The notes under the pieces are model-generated. The model saw only the letters and a program-made list of their open reading frames with translations, was not told where the DNA came from and searched no databases. A stretch of 64,000 nt of DNA from Eledone cirrhosa. Its lineage: Eukaryota. The translations under genes and the position numbers were made by a program. The stretch covers positions 47,678,001 to 47,742,000 of the forward strand of contig OZ024750.1 in the NCBI GenBank assembly GCA_964016885.1. Reading direction: 5' to 3'. This document shows positions 1-13,882 of the stretch, piece after piece; positions within the stretch are counted from its first letter, which is position 1, and each line of letters begins with the position of its first letter.

Positions 1-1
1 T

Positions 2-1159
2 AAGGTTAACATTAAACTCTGGGGGAAGACCCAAGAAGCATTAAGATGGTTTAATAGCATTAGCAATAAGAATACATCTAAGTTTATCCAGTTTGATATC
101 GATGAATATTACTCATCGATATCACCTGAAACTTTGAATAGAGCCATTAAGTTTGCTAAGGATAACTCTGACCTTACAAACGATGAAATTAAGATTATAT
201 TAGAAGCAAGGAAAACTATAGTCAAATTTGAGAACAGTTATTGGGTACGTAAAGATAGACCCTCTAACTTTGACATAACAATGGGCTCTAACGATTCGGC
301 GGAAATAACTGATATTGTGGGGTTATTTATCGCCTTTAGACTCCAGGAAAAATTCAGCAATCTCCACGGCGGAATATACCGCAACGATGTTCTCCTCCTA
401 GCTAAAAACCTTAATAACCAAAAACTAGAAAAACTACGCAAAGATATAAGAAAACTACTACTCGAAATAGGACTAACTATAACATATGAATACAACCTTA
501 AAGTAGTTAACTTCTTGGATGTCACACTCAATTTAAACTCTGGTTTGATTAAACCGTTTCATAAATTGAATGAAAATCTCAAATACGTAAATGTTGGGTC
601 TAACCACCCCATCTCTATAATTAAATCTATCCCTAAAAATATTTCCCTTAGAATCTCGGGTCTATCTTCTAACATACAAGTGTTTAACGAACACGCCGAG
701 TACTACGATAACGCCCTTAGTAAAGCAGGCTCCCTCAACAAAATAGAGTACATAGATGGGAACAATCAAAACACCCAAAATAAATCCCACATAGGTAGAT
801 ATAATAACACAACACCAAACGACACTTACTACCATAGTATGCACACCAGTAAACCAACAAACAAAACTAATAGAAAGCGATGCAAAGAGTACTTATGGTA
901 TAACCCCGAATACAATAGTTCCATTAGTACAAATTTACCAGTACTCTTCTTTAAAATAATTAAAAGACATTTTCCCACATCACACAAATACCACAAAATC
1001 CTAAACCCTACCACTATAAGACTGTCATACTCTACAGCGTTAAACCTTGAACAACACATAAAAAAGATCAATACTAGAAGGTTAAACGAAAACACTAAGA
1101 ACTTAAGTACAAAGAACACAAAAAAAAACAGTAGACAATACACTACAGAACATAAATAA
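2..1159 (+). pseudogene. PLE reverse transcriptase (RT core and thumb), catalytic YRDD changed to YRND
   Basis: Frame open from base 2: FIQFDIDEYYSSI, FDITMGSNDSAEITDIVGLF, GIYRNDVL, VNFLDVTLNL, YVNVGSNHP, WYNPEY. A +1 frameshift into the endonuclease frame probably lies in the A-run at ~1120-1128. Confidence 0.9.
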
Positions 1160-1646
1160 ACCACACCTAAGTTCGTCCGCAATACTACGCCAGAGAAAAC
1201 CCAACGTACACAACTGTAACTGCACCTATCCTGACAACTGCCCCCTCGGCAATAACTGTTTGGAAAAAAATATTATTTATAAGTGTACCATTAAATCCGG
1301 AGGCAACGAGTGGTATTACGTGGGATCAACGGCAACATCGTTTAAATCTCGATTGTATAGGCATTCTTACTCAATAAAACACCAGAGCCAAAGAAATGTA
1401 ACAACTTTAGCAGAAAAAGCTTGGACGCTCAGGGATAGCGATCAAAAGTTTACCCTAAAATGGGAAAAATTAGCTAAAACCCAAAGCTTTTCCAGGAGCC
1501 AAAATTTCTGCAAATTGTGTAATCTTGAGATTTATTACATAATCACAAACAAGAAGAAACTGCTGAATAACAGAATTGAACGAACATTATTCTGCCGTCA
1601 CAGAACTAAAACCCTTTTTTCCCACTACAAGCCGAATATTGCATAA
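1107..1646 (+). pseudogene. PLE C-terminal GIY-YIG endonuclease with Cys-rich linker
   Basis: CNCTYPDNCPLGNNC (1215-1259), NIIYKC...YYVGST..SFKSRLYRH, CKLCNLE, LLNNR, CRH. This Cys layout matches the Naiad clade. Confidence 0.88.
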
Positions 1647-1915
1647 AAGAGGGACATCCCCCAACTATATAAACCTTAATCTAGTTAGAAAAATATAAAA
1701 ACAATCTCTTCTCAACATATATTAATAACCTTAAATTACCACACTAATAATGAAAAGATATGCTGATGAGAATAGGTACAAATATGCGATAATGAATGTG
1801 TCTAAAAACGTCCATAAGTATGTATATATATGTGAAAATGTATATAAATAAGTAAATATATATATATATGTTTGATGTGTATAGTTAGATGTAAGTGTAT
1901 TCATGTATTAAAGTG

Positions 1916-1990
<75 letters not shown>

Positions 1991-2543
1991 GTGTATATGG
2001 ATGTGTATGTATGTGTATGTGTGTACACATGGACTAGAGTATGTATGTATATATGTGTGTGTCTATACGTGTGTATATAAAGATAAGTTGAGTATGAAAA
2101 TGTATACACATGAGCGCGTATGTATGTACATGAATACATGTGTGTATATATATGTGTATGCATGTGTATATATATGTAAGTATGAATATGTGAATTGTGA
2201 GTATATGTATTTTGTAGAGGTGTGCAAATATATTTGTGTGTGAATGCGTGGGTGAAAGGATACGTACACTTGAAAGAAAAATTTAAGTCTGAATGTTAAT
2301 TAAGTGCAAACACAAAACCAACCACGCATATCTTTACTATCTCTAATCCTTCTATAGATTTAGAAAAATAACAAATAATATATTCTATAAAAAATGTCAA
2401 AACAACAGATGGGAATCTGATTACTCACTGCCACCAAGAATTCTCACTGCTATCGAAAAACCACTCCTTCAACTATTCTTCTAACAATTTCACCCCTCCC
2501 TCCTAATATTCTCAATAAAAACTAAATAGGTCCTCAGTAATAT

Positions 2544-2661
2544 TATTCTGATGAAATGACAGTAAATAATAACATTGAAATATTGAATGTCTGCATAACT
2601 AAAAGTTTGTAGATAGCAGCTATTTTAGGTTATGTAACTGTTATAGAAACACGTGTCAATA
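2544..2661 (+). ncRNA. Type I hammerhead ribozyme in PLE 3' region
   Basis: TATT-CTGATGA-a-ATGACAGT...ACTGTTAT-a-GAAAC-ACGT-GTC^-AATA; palindromic stem III (ACACGTGT); AATAAA follows. Confidence 0.8.
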
Positions 2662-2809
2662 CATTCCTTTCAAATAAACTGTATCCATTGAAATCTTTCT
2701 ATTTTTCTCCGGATTACTTTTGGAACTACAACTGGAACTGTCGAGCAAACTCTACGTGAGCTGATAATCTACTGTGTGTAATATTTATATTACAACACAA
2801 CGGAAAATA

Positions 2810-2912
<103 letters not shown>

Positions 2913-2973
2913 GTATATATATATATATACATATATATATATAACTATGTGTGTGTATGTGTGTGAATGTTTA

Positions 2974-3089
<116 letters not shown>

Positions 3090-3286
3090 TTCATAATGAT
3101 ACATATGTTTACATAAGGGGCGGAGCCCAACTTGACTGATTCTCTACTTACTTTTAATAGAGGCGGAGTGTCTGAAGTTCTAGATAAATAGAATCCTGCA
3201 TTTTCTGTAAATATAGAATTGACGTTTCGCGGTGTAGCTTTGTTACCGTAAGTTAATTTAGTTTCATTCATCTATTCCCTTAGTCA

Positions 3287-3436
3287 CGATGGGTTCTTGG
3301 AAGCGGTAGTGTTAAATACATGCTATATTAGTAGCATTTATTTAACACTACCTCTTCCAAGAACCCATCGCTACATTAGTAGCATGTATTTAACACTTCT
3401 TCCAAGAACCTATCGCTACATTAGTAGCATGTATTT
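3287..3436. repeat. ~39-bp-arm hairpin followed by tandem reiteration of the right arm
   Basis: CGATGGGTTCTTGGAAGCGGTAGTGTTAAATACATGCTA versus TAGCATTTATTTAACACTACCTCTTCCAAGAACCCATCG, then repeated CTACATTAGTAGCATGTATTT. Confidence 0.8.
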
Positions 3437-4079
3437 GGTAGTCGGTAGTCGGTAAAGTGCTAAAGCGCCAAAAAGACTTATAGACTGATTTGCACTATTC
3501 ATGTTAGTACTCTTCACTCAGGATTCACACCCCGAAGAGTTCAACTTTCGAATTTGGTAAATAGAGTACCGTTGCAATACTGGAGTTGATTTACACACTT
3601 TATATCTTTCACACTTGGGCTTCATCACACCCTCCTTATTCTTCCGAGGAAGAAAGTGGGTATTTTGACACTAGAAGTTAGATAACATCCACGAGGTTTA
3701 AAATGGCGAAACCGCGCTGTTTGCCATTATGCTGCATCTACCTTCGGAACCATCATTTCTTACGGGTCTGCACTTACATACTAACAACAAATGAAAATGT
3801 TATTTTTCAGAACCAATATTAATAAAAGGATGATTAGGAGAAACATAAATCTATCGAAGGACACAATGGGAGATTTCCCACGTACATTGTTGATGTCTCT
3901 GTGTTGATATAGATTAATGTTGTAGGTTTGACTTTTTCATTGGTCGTTAAATATTTCAAGAACGCTTTCACAATGTTATGACGCAAACTCACTCACACAC
4001 AAGCACACAGGCGCTCACACTCACACATACCTACACCCACCTACACCCACACACCCACAGACACCCACACATACACACC

Positions 4080-4121
<42 letters not shown>

Positions 4122-4361
4122 AATACATGTATACTCATGTACAAATAGAGCGGTACAGGAATTTCTTTCTCCAGAATACTTTGTTACTGAAGCTGTTAGG
4201 TTTATGCACTGAAGAACGTACTAAATACTGAAACAGTCAGTAGGGAAATGAATGTAACACTTCCATCGAGTTTCAATTTACAATTTGTGAGCGTATACAT
4301 AAACACCTTATTCACTGCCAGTTTCGCATTCTGATACGTGATAATTTTATAACATATTGCA

Positions 4362-4406
<45 letters not shown>

Positions 4407-4413
4407 CACACAG

Positions 4414-4462
<49 letters not shown>

Positions 4463-4799
4463 GGTGGTTGGGGGTTGAGTGCTTGCGTGTGTATGCGTGT
4501 GGGTGGATTTGTATGCGGGTATATATATATACATATATGATTACGTGTGTGTGTGTGTGTGTAAGTTTTTGACTATGTTTGTGAACATGTATCTGGTTGC
4601 TTCTCGACTATTATTAACTAAAATATTCATAATTGTATTTACAGAAATATTTAAGATATCGATATTTTGGATGCCAAAAATATTGCGAATTACCAATTTA
4701 ACAGCTAATTATGTAATGAAATATGCAGATTTACCTTTCTTTTCACAATTGAGATGAAACGATATAGTAATATTTTTGGATTACTCTGGAGTCCGACTT

Positions 4800-6620
4800 T
4801 AGCTCAATAAATAAAATTGTCTGCAAGAATATATGCCCACTGTGCAATAAGATGCCGTCCTCCAAACCAGCTATTTAGCACGGGTCTACTCTTTTCAGAG
4901 TGGTACATTTTTGCGACGTAGACAGAATCCTTTGCTAGTATGCTAAAGCCGATCGCAAGAGCATTCTCTGATGCACCAGAGGTTTATGTGAGATGTTTGA
5001 TTAATCTCACAATGGCACAGATCACGAGAGCAGTTAACACGCTGGAATATAGCAAGGGACCAGTGAATCCGGCACCTGGCGTGAAAAGCCTTTAATGCAG
5101 AAGGTTTTCTCTGGCTGACTCGTGTGTGCCGGGTGGCCAAAGTTATGGCAATCGGGAGTGATAATCCTAATTTTCAGAAAAGGATGACATGAAATATTTT
5201 TCAAAATTCAGAAGGATCTTCCTGTTAAGCCAATCCGTTAATGTCTATGCTAAGTGTCACGAAAACAGATTACGACTTAGCTGTTGAACAGTGTTCGTCG
5301 CAGACGCAGCAAATCCGACCAAATGGTCAGACTGCAGCTGGTTTTTGACAAATCGTATATTCTTGTTTTGGCGACCTTGAAAAGGCATATGGAAAGTTCT
5401 GCAGGTGTATTTGAACGATGGTCAGCTTCTTTCTGCCCTGATGTCTCTATATCAATGACTGAGTATTTATGTCTGGATAAATTGTGCTAAATAAAAACCA
5501 TTCAATATGGGAGACACAGTCCGCCAAGGGTGCATGTTATCACATCTCCTGTTCATTATTTGCAGGAGTGAAATGGAATGACATGTGCAGCTGATTTGAA
5601 ACTAGTGACATGGCCGGTGGGAGTAAAGTAAGATGACTGGAATTTACAGACAACATGTTGTTACTTAACTCGACAGAAGGTGATCTCAGACTTGCTCCCG
5701 ACAGGTTTGATGCCGAGTGGTGCATGAAAGAAAATCAGTGCTGGGAAAATTGAGGCATTTGACCTCTCAAGGAAGCCTGCGCAGTGAACTCCACATGTGA
5801 ATGGAGTTCCACCAAAGCAGCTAGAGAGATCCTAGTGTTTAGGAGAGAAGGAGGGAAGGAGGTTGAATTCAGTCCAATCATTTCAGGTTCTTGTTCAGTA
5901 ATGCACCAGATTCAGCATTCGGTAATCAGAAGAGAGGTAGGCATAAATGCCAAACTCACCTTCATCAGTTCCTTGTTTGTGCCAAACCTTACCTCTGTCC
6001 ATGACTTTACTCCAGGATTAAGATTGAAAATACCAGCGGCTGAAATGGTGTTATTCGGTAAGGTTCATTGAGTGACGTTACTCGATAGAGTGCGTAACTC
6101 GATCAGAGAATCTCTACAGGTAGATATGATACTTCTCCGAATTGAGAGATCACAGATATGATACAATGACAGGCGATCCAGGAGGAGACTCTGCACTAGA
6201 TGATTCGAAAATATCCATTTGCTTGGTTGGTCTTGCCTGGGGATCCAACCGGTTCACTTTCAGCCGGTTGCTTGTGACAAGACTCACTGGAAGGAGTGTT
6301 GGGGTTCTTTTGTCCCCGCGAAACTCAGAAGAAGAAGAAGAAGAAGAAGAAGAAGAAGAAGAAGAAGAAGAAGAAGAAGAAGAAGAAGAAGACGAAGAAG
6401 AAGAAGAAGAAGAAGAAGAAGAAGAAGAAGAAGAAGAAGAAGAAGACGAAGACGAAGACGAAGAAGAAGAAGAAGACGAAGACGAAGAAGAAGAAGAAGA
6501 CGAAGACGAAGAAGAAGAAGAAGAAGACGAAGACGAAGAAGAAGAAGACGAAGACGAAGAAGAAGAAGAAGAAGAAGAAGAAGAAGAAGAAGAAGAAGAA
6601 GAAGAAGAAGAACAAGAACA
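4800..6620 (+). mobile_element. Degenerate RTE-clade LINE with (GAA)n tail
   Basis: Broken RT motifs: CFGDLEKAYGK (~5360-5395), VRQGCMLSHLLFII (~5520-5560), LEFTDNMLLL (~5640), IRESLQVDMILLRIERSQ (~6100). The (GAA/GAC)n tract is at 6328-6620. The 5' boundary is approximate. Confidence 0.75.
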
Positions 6621-7222
6621 AGGTATCGAGATATTTACAACTTTAAGTAATAATGCTGTATCCGTGTCGTACAACATGTGATTTCCTCTTTTCAGATAAT
6701 GTTTCTTATCTAAACCTCCTTAATTATAAGATTTCAACATTCCTGTCTGAAACTTGATTTTCATGCAATTATTTTTAGTAAAATGTATTACTTTACAATG
6801 ATTTATTTTCGCAACAATCAAAGAATATTGCTTTATTTTACAAAACCGTATATGCTGGTATGTATATGGAGAGATAGGTGAAGCGATGTATGTTAAGCAA
6901 GCTCCTTAACCATTCAGTGTAGTTTGTATTTAATAACTTCACTAATTTAAATTGATTTAATACGTAAAGTAACATTAAATCTGTAATTAGAGAATTACTT
7001 AGAATAATACTGAGTGGCATATCATCTTCAAATGTACAATGATTATGATAAAATGATTTAATAAATGATTTTGTGAAACAACAAACATTGGTCATGATCA
7101 TCTAAAGTAATTTATTTGAAATGTAAAGTGCTGAGCTTCCTAATAAGATTAATCCGATTGAATTTAAAACGAAGAGAATACGAAACTTCTTGGCTCGCAT
7201 ATATATGGACACACACGCACGC

Positions 7223-7267
<45 letters not shown>

Positions 7268-7283
7268 AGTGCGTATCTAACTA

Positions 7284-7356
<73 letters not shown>

Positions 7357-7396
7357 TTAGGTTAATAGGAGTTAGGTATTGTATACCCCTTTTATA

Positions 7397-7441
7397 GCTC
7401 AGACGAATCCTACGGTTGCGTACGGAAGAAACATTGTAAGC
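7397..7441 (+). ncRNA. Minimal HHR-like motif with CAGACGA core variant
   Basis: GCT-CAGACGA-aTCCTACG-gttg-CGTAcGGAa-GAAAC-att-GTA^-AGC then AATAAA; inside a ~130-bp insert flanked by (TA)n. Confidence 0.6.
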
Positions 7442-7552
7442 CAATAAAAATATGTTGATGTTGTAGACGCTCTTGTGTTCTTTATCATATATATATATAT
7501 ATATATAAAATAACAGGAGGCTGGACTTGTGTAAATCCCTGAATGGTTTATT

Positions 7553-7610
7553 ATACGATGATCATTTCAATGACCGGGTTCCGTATGCATCCAGTGATAT
7601 CATCAGGTAT
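7553..7610 (-). ncRNA. Type I minimal hammerhead ribozyme (second copy at 57228-57285)
   Basis: Minus strand: ATAC-CTGATGA-stem II-GAAAT-GATC-ATC^-GTAT; palindromic ATGATCAT. Confidence 0.75.
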
Positions 7611-7747
7611 TCGAAATATAATAAATGAATGTAACAGATAATATCCATGGGGCTGAAAAACATAGACCCGAGGACAACCGACCATTTAGCATCTTCCACT
7701 TTAGCCTGTCGCCCTATATATATATATATATATATACTCTATATATA

Positions 7748-7778
<31 letters not shown>

Positions 7779-8040
7779 AGAATTCATATCTAGTAACATA
7801 TATATACATACAGATGCATATCATGTTTAATAAGTTTCCAGTGTCCTCGCTTTGCCTGGAAACTTACATGATAATAGACTTTGCTGACGACGGAATGATT
7901 CTCAATATTATTCTTCGCAAAATATATTTACTCCATTCCAGAAACTAATTAGTTGGAAGTGATATTTTAGTAAGTAATTTAATTTTATAATTTTCTTATT
8001 TTACGTCTCTTATATATATATATGTATATATATATAGTCA

Positions 8041-8311
8041 ATAATTGTTTCTAATTTTGGCACAATGCCAGCAAATACCCAGTGCATTACTGGTACTTTA
8101 TTTAATCGACCCCGTAAAGATGAAAGGCAAAGTTAACCTCGGCGGGATTTGAACTCAGAATGGCAAGGGACGTAACTCTTTGCGTCAAAGCATGGCGTCC
8201 GACCCTTTACCGATACTGCCAATTCAATATCGACAATAATTGTCTCTACTTTCGGCACAAGGCCAGCAATTACCCAGTGCATCACTGGTACTTTATTTTA
8301 TCGACCCGAAT
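8041..8311 (-). mobile_element. tRNA-derived SINE with Nin-like core (one full and one partial copy)
   Basis: Minus strand B-box GAGTTCAAATCCCGCCGAGG, core CTTTCATC..CGGGGTCGAT..AAAGTACCAG, and tail TTGTGCCAAAA.TAGAAAC. Confidence 0.8.
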
Positions 8312-8400
8312 GAGAGGTACACAGATACATGTAGAACAATAGGTATTTATTTATGTCTAATATTTCTTATTTATTCATAATGTATATATATATATATATA

Positions 8401-8642
8401 TAACAAAGTAATTGTGGTAAGGAACCAGTTGGACCATAACGCACCAGAGTACTCTATACGTAGGTTAGTAGAGAGGGTAATAGGAAAATGTTTGACCCCG
8501 ACAGCTAAATAGCCGTCGAAACGGCTTAGGCTCTGCCGTCAGGGTCATACCTTTTCCTATTTCCCACTCTACTACCCTAAGTATTAAGTACTCTGGTGCG
8601 TTATTGTCCATCTGGTTCCTTACCACAATTCCTTTGTTTTAT
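8401..8642. mobile_element. Family A element, fold-back (inverted) copy in (TA)n
   Basis: Arms AATTGTGGTAAGGAACCAG...TAGGAAAA and TTTTCCTAT...CTGGTTCCTTACCACAATT; the right arm holds the HHR 3' half (GAAAC-GGC..GCC-GTC). Confidence 0.85.
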
Positions 8643-8892
8643 ATATATAGAAGAAGAAGAAGAAGAAGAAGAAGAAGAAGAAGAAGAAGAAGAAGAAGAA
8701 GAAGAAGAAGAAGAAGAAGAAGAAGAAGAAGAAGAAGAACACATACATACCTACCCATAACTACACATGTTTATACATACATACGTACAGGTATAGACGT
8801 ATATACATACGTGCTCTACACACATACACACATACACACACATACATACACATGTATACATACATACATATAGATAGGTGTATAGATAGATA

Positions 8893-10537
8893 TGTTTCTT
8901 TATTAGCTACAGGGGCACAACATAAGGGGACAAATACAAAGGGGGACGTTTACATACAATAAAAACGTGTAAAATATTATCACAAATGCAATTTAAAAAT
9001 TAGTCGATTTTCCCCAATAGGGGGAAACAGTTCATATGGGTAACACATACCCCCGAAAAAATGTGCAACCCTCATCTCCAGGAGTACGAAGAGTTTCTAC
9101 TCCTTTCCTCTCCTCCGCCTTTTCCTCAACCTACAGGCTGATATAGAGAGAAGGCCCATTCACTCGGGCCATTCTCGTCACTTTCAGCCACCTTTCATAA
9201 AACTTGCTGGGGTACAGTACCTCACTCTCCATCCTGATTCTTCTTCCAAAGTGGTATTTGAAAATAAGAATCAGTAGTTGGCCGGAGAGAAAGGTGTCTG
9301 ACCTCAGCCTTTTCAACCTTGTCCACCATACAACCTCTTTCGCCATAGCTATCACACAAAGGAAAACCTCCTCTCCTTCGTGTTTGAAGGAGGGTGGCGG
9401 TTTGATCATGACAATGGACACGGTGGTCAACCGGATTGGTCCCACCAGCGACAATAGTCTTTCTACATAGCCAGACAGGTCGGTGACGCCCGGGCCGTGA
9501 ATGAATGAGTGCGCGATTGTTTCATCGTCTCGCACGCACCTCGGACAGATCTTTTTTGCAGGGTCCCTGCCCGGGCGCCCATGTCTGTAGAGCTTGTCTC
9601 GAACTGGTAGAGCTCCTCGGTAGCACTGGCAAGCCAGGGACTTTTGGAAGTTACCCATCGGTCCCGGGCGGAAGGTCCTACCGAACAGACTGGCCAGTTC
9701 GTCTTCCTCTACGCCGAGAGTTTCACCGAACACGTTGTCGCACTGCGGATCAACTCTCTATAGAATGACGATGTGGAGTCTCCACTGATCGCCGGATCCG
9801 ACTGCCGGAGGACTGTGAGCGCCTGAGCACATTCGATGTGCCAGTCGCCCATTTTCCTCGGTCTTTGCTTGACCCAGGACTGCAGCTCGGTCAGCGAGAC
9901 GAGTCTTGGGAAGGCTCGCCTCACGAACGGGGCCCACACCGGTTGACCGGTGAGGAATACGAAGAGATGCCGAAGCCTGAGCGCGTGTTTGCGCATCGTC
10001 AGCCACGGCAGCCCCAGGCCTCCGTTGGAATGGCGTTAGCAGAAGATGGATCTTCTCACCATAGGAGCCCGCCTCTTCCAACGGAATTGGAAGAGCGCGC
10101 GCTCCATTTTGGGGAGCGTTTTGGCTGGAAAAGGCACGACGGTCAAGCGGTAGTAGATGGCGGACGCTATAAAAGTGGTCGCCACCTCCGCTCGACCTTT
10201 CAAGAATAGTTTGCACTCGGCCCACTTCTGGGTGAGTGCAAACACCTTGGCCGACACCTCGTTTCAGTTCTCCTCCACCTGGAGGTCCGGACCGAACCAG
10301 ACCCCGAGCAGCTTTAATCGTCCTTCCGTCCAGCGTCCAACGACGCCATCGGAAGGCATCGGTCTGCCTCTCCATGATCCGAGTTGTAAACCGATGGACT
10401 TGTTTTGGTTCAGCTTCGCTCCTGTGAACCTTTCGTATTCCTTCAGAAAGGTGCCGACTTCCTCGATTTGCGAGGCGCTCGACAACATTACTGTAACGTC
10501 GTCGGCGTAGGCCGATGCCGCTTTCCGCAGTCCCCGT
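8893..10537 (-). mobile_element. 5'-truncated L1/Tx1-clade LINE (RT C-half plus CCHC zinc knuckle)
   Basis: AYADDVTVMLSS, GAKLNQNKS, LKLLGVWFG, LFLKGRAEV, RGALPV, CPRC...ETIAH; stops and frameshifts present; the 3' end reads GCTAATAAAGAAA. Confidence 0.9.
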
Positions 10538-10843
10538 ATATATTTATATATATATTTATATTAATTATTTATATGTTTATATATATATATATATATATAT
10601 AAATATAGATGGTTAAGATTCAGTCATGATCGTACTTACCAGAGAAAATGAGAGTGAATTGCGATTTAACAAATATTTAATCATATTACGGCTCGGAACA
10701 ATTTATAATTACATAATTCCTATAATTTATTAGGAAATGACACGGTTCCTATTCAATATTAAAAGTCCATGAAGTGTAAATAAAGAAAGTAAACTATAAT
10801 CGTTTCCTTAAAAGACAGAGTGTCTCATTCATTTCATGTATAT

Positions 10844-10958
10844 ACCTCTGAAGAAGTCGTATTATAGGGAATAATTACATACTCCATTATATAAAGCATG
10901 TACTTATCAACTGTCCATGTCTTAGGATGATAGAAACATATGTAATAAGTGTAAAGGT
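10844..10958 (+). ncRNA. Degenerate HHR-like motif with long stem II
   Basis: ACCT-CTGAAGA...GAAAC-AT..GT-GTA-aAGGT; the pairing is imperfect. Confidence 0.45.
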
Positions 10959-11959
10959 TTGTAACGCATTGTAATTTTTTCGGTTTGCGTGTGTTTGTAC
11001 TGGGTGTATATTTCGTTGTATGTCGGTAGGAGTGTGTATGTGGTTGTATGAGAATGTACGTGTGTGTGTGTGTATGTTAGTGTGTGTTTGTAACCACTAC
11101 TTCACGTTCAAAAACAAAGTGCCTAAGGTACATATCAATACCGACAGTTAATATTTTATGTAAAAATAGTAAAAAAGAAAAAAAGAAACAAATGATTCTT
11201 TCCCAACCTTGCAGCTATGCGTCAAATATTTAAAATAAATTACATCCGAATATGTTATAGAACAATGTGACGACACTGCGCTTCTTACATCATTATGTAT
11301 CTATATTAGATTAAAAGTGAACTCATTTGTTTGCACACTCATTTGCTCAACGTGTGCGAGTAGCCGATTCTGATGATTGAATAAACACATCTTTTAGCAG
11401 GCCCGGATGATATATCAACACATGTTTAAGTTTGAGATCAGAGTAAAGATTTATCTTAAATTAGCCAAGAGAGGCCGAGTTTCTAATAAATAAATAAAAT
11501 ATATAATCCCATACAATTTAGGATACTCGACATCGTATGCAAATACAAAATTATAGAATTAGTGTGAATGCTAGAAAAGATGGTTTTATTAACAACCTAC
11601 TAATAATATGCATAAGCAACGATGTTTTAAATCTATAGTAATATTGTATATTGGAAGTAGAGTATATCAACTACGTTTTATGACAATTTCAAAGTCGTTT
11701 CTAGAAAATATAATTTGTAATAAAATATTGAGAACTTATTAATATGCGTAGAACTGCTGTGACTTCCGATTCTCATTCATTCTTTCTTTCACAACCTCGT
11801 ATCTCTTTCTCTCTTGCTTTCACTATCCTTCACTATCTACTAATATCCATATCTCTCTGTATGTATATACATCACTACACGCACGCATACACCCAAACAC
11901 GCACACACACACATACCCCCCCCCCCCCCCTCACACACACACACACCCCCCACACACAC

Positions 11960-12012
<53 letters not shown>

Positions 12013-12013
<1 letters not shown>

Positions 12014-12294
12014 AGAGGTTAGATTCAATTTATTGGGATACAGCAAGCAAAATATTTTTATAACTGATATAAAGCACTCAACATTTTATTGGAGTAAATA
12101 TACAATATATTAACAAGGAGATTCCAAACCAGAATGGTTGCATTTTGTAAGGGTATGCCAATATTTATTTATAAAACTAACTTATATTATATTTTATTTG
12201 ATGAAAGCGCACCATAGTTTGCTCTGGTAGCCCTTGAAATATGTATAATTAAATAAATATGGTTTTATAAATATAGTTTCAATTTGTTAATATA

Positions 12295-12298
<4 letters not shown>
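12013..12298. mobile_element. Family B PLE-terminus element (related to 19089-19400 and 34833-35290)
   Basis: Shares ATAACTGATATAAAGCACTC and GAAATATGTATAAT..AATAAATATGGTTTTATAAATATAGTT; the HHR core is degenerate (TTGATGA at ~12198). Confidence 0.7.
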
Positions 12299-12335
<37 letters not shown>

Positions 12336-12336
<1 letters not shown>

Positions 12337-12874
12337 AGTATATGTTGGGTGTTTACCGACACCTCAGTATGCAGAATGGAGCACTCGACGTAGTACGCAG
12401 GTTGGTTTGGTTACTCCGGAGTAATGTAAAATAAAGTAATTAAGTCAAATATTTAAGATTTGGCTTCGTTTATTAAAGATGTACTGCTATATATATTTCG
12501 GTGACAGCCATCATTGGCTGTGACCCCTTCAGGCAGTTCGAATTGGTATGGTAGAGTCAGGTACACATGCTGATAAAGTGTTTTACTCCGTCAATACTCC
12601 GATATGTTCAGCTCCTGGTTGGGTCGTTATTTCTCCGAGAAACATGATTCCAGTTCCTCAGAGAAATAACGACCCAACCAGGAGCTGGACATATCGCCGT
12701 ATTGACGGAGTAAAACACTTTAACAACATGTGTACCTGTCTCTACCACACAAATTCGAACTGCCTGAAGAGGTCATAGCCAATGATGGCGGTCACCGGAA
12801 TATATATATCAGTACATCTTTAATAAACGAAGCCGAATTTTAAATATTTGACTTAATTACTTTACTTTATTTTA
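12336..12874. mobile_element. Inverted-repeat element (~210-bp arms) with an HHR in each arm, in (TA)n
   Basis: Arms 12427-12635 and 12661-12874. HHR consensus ACTGC-CTGAAGA-GGTCACAGCC..GGCTGTCACC-GAAATATAT-ATA^-GCAGT at 12483-12537 (-) and 12759-12813 (+). Confidence 0.88.
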
Positions 12875-13017
12875 TATATATGTATATATACATATATATA
12901 TTATATTTTATTATATTATTTTATATTATACGTAATATAAATATGTGTTTGTGGCTGAGTGTGTGTGTGTTGTGTGTGTGTGTTGCGTGTGTGTGCTGCG
13001 TGTGTTTGTGGATGTGA

Positions 13018-13072
<55 letters not shown>

Positions 13073-13326
13073 AGTGCGAGGATGTGTCTGCGTAATCTTC
13101 CATGTGTATCTGCTCTATCTGGTGTAACTGCAGACATTTAATAGCCATTATATTTTCAACCATATTCAATGATGTGAATAAACCGGTGAGACATAAAGTC
13201 TAGCTAAACAGTTATGTATTAAATACTACAACCATTAATTTTCATGACATAAACACACACACACACCCACCCACACAAAGACACAAACTTATATATATAT
13301 ATATATATATACATAAATATATATAT

Positions 13327-13385
13327 ATAGGAACCAATAAGACCCCGACGGCTGAGCTCAAGCCGTTTCGACGGCTAATTCCTTG

Positions 13386-13389
<4 letters not shown>
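13327..13389. mobile_element. Family A minimal remnant joining both end types
   Basis: ATAGGA..GACCCCGACGGCTGAGCTCAAGCCGTTTCGACGGCT fused to AATTCCTTGTTATA. Confidence 0.75.
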
Positions 13390-13482
<93 letters not shown>

Positions 13483-13833
13483 TTTGTATAATAACTTCCA
13501 TAGATGACTTACAAAAAAGAGAAATGGCGGCGTTTGGGATAAAATTTGATATAATCAAGAACAATGCAAGGAATCATATGTATAAGAGATATGTAGGTAC
13601 GGTGTTGAGATTTGTGATAATTTAATATTAGAAACAGCTTAACGACGTACGCTCTTAAAATCGGAATTTCTTTTCATACATGTTTATAAGATTGTCTACA
13701 TAGCGGATTAATGTTACAGTGTTATCTCTCACACTTCTTACTCTCTCTCTCTCTATATATATATATATATTTCTCTCTCTATCTCTTTATCTCTCTCTCT
13801 CTCACTATGTCTCTCTGTCTCTACTCTGTCTCT

Positions 13834-13882
<49 letters not shown>

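Noticed and set aside
2-1646. Selenoprotein-type Naiad (in-frame UGA at Cys positions)
   Set aside because: The conserved Cys codons are TGT or TGC; the RT frame ends at TAA because of a frameshift.
1753-2335. CTGATGA at ~1763 with a distant complementary AAAGATATG/CATATCTTT stem
   Set aside because: There is no correctly placed GAAA/NUH, and ~550 nt of microsatellite intervenes.
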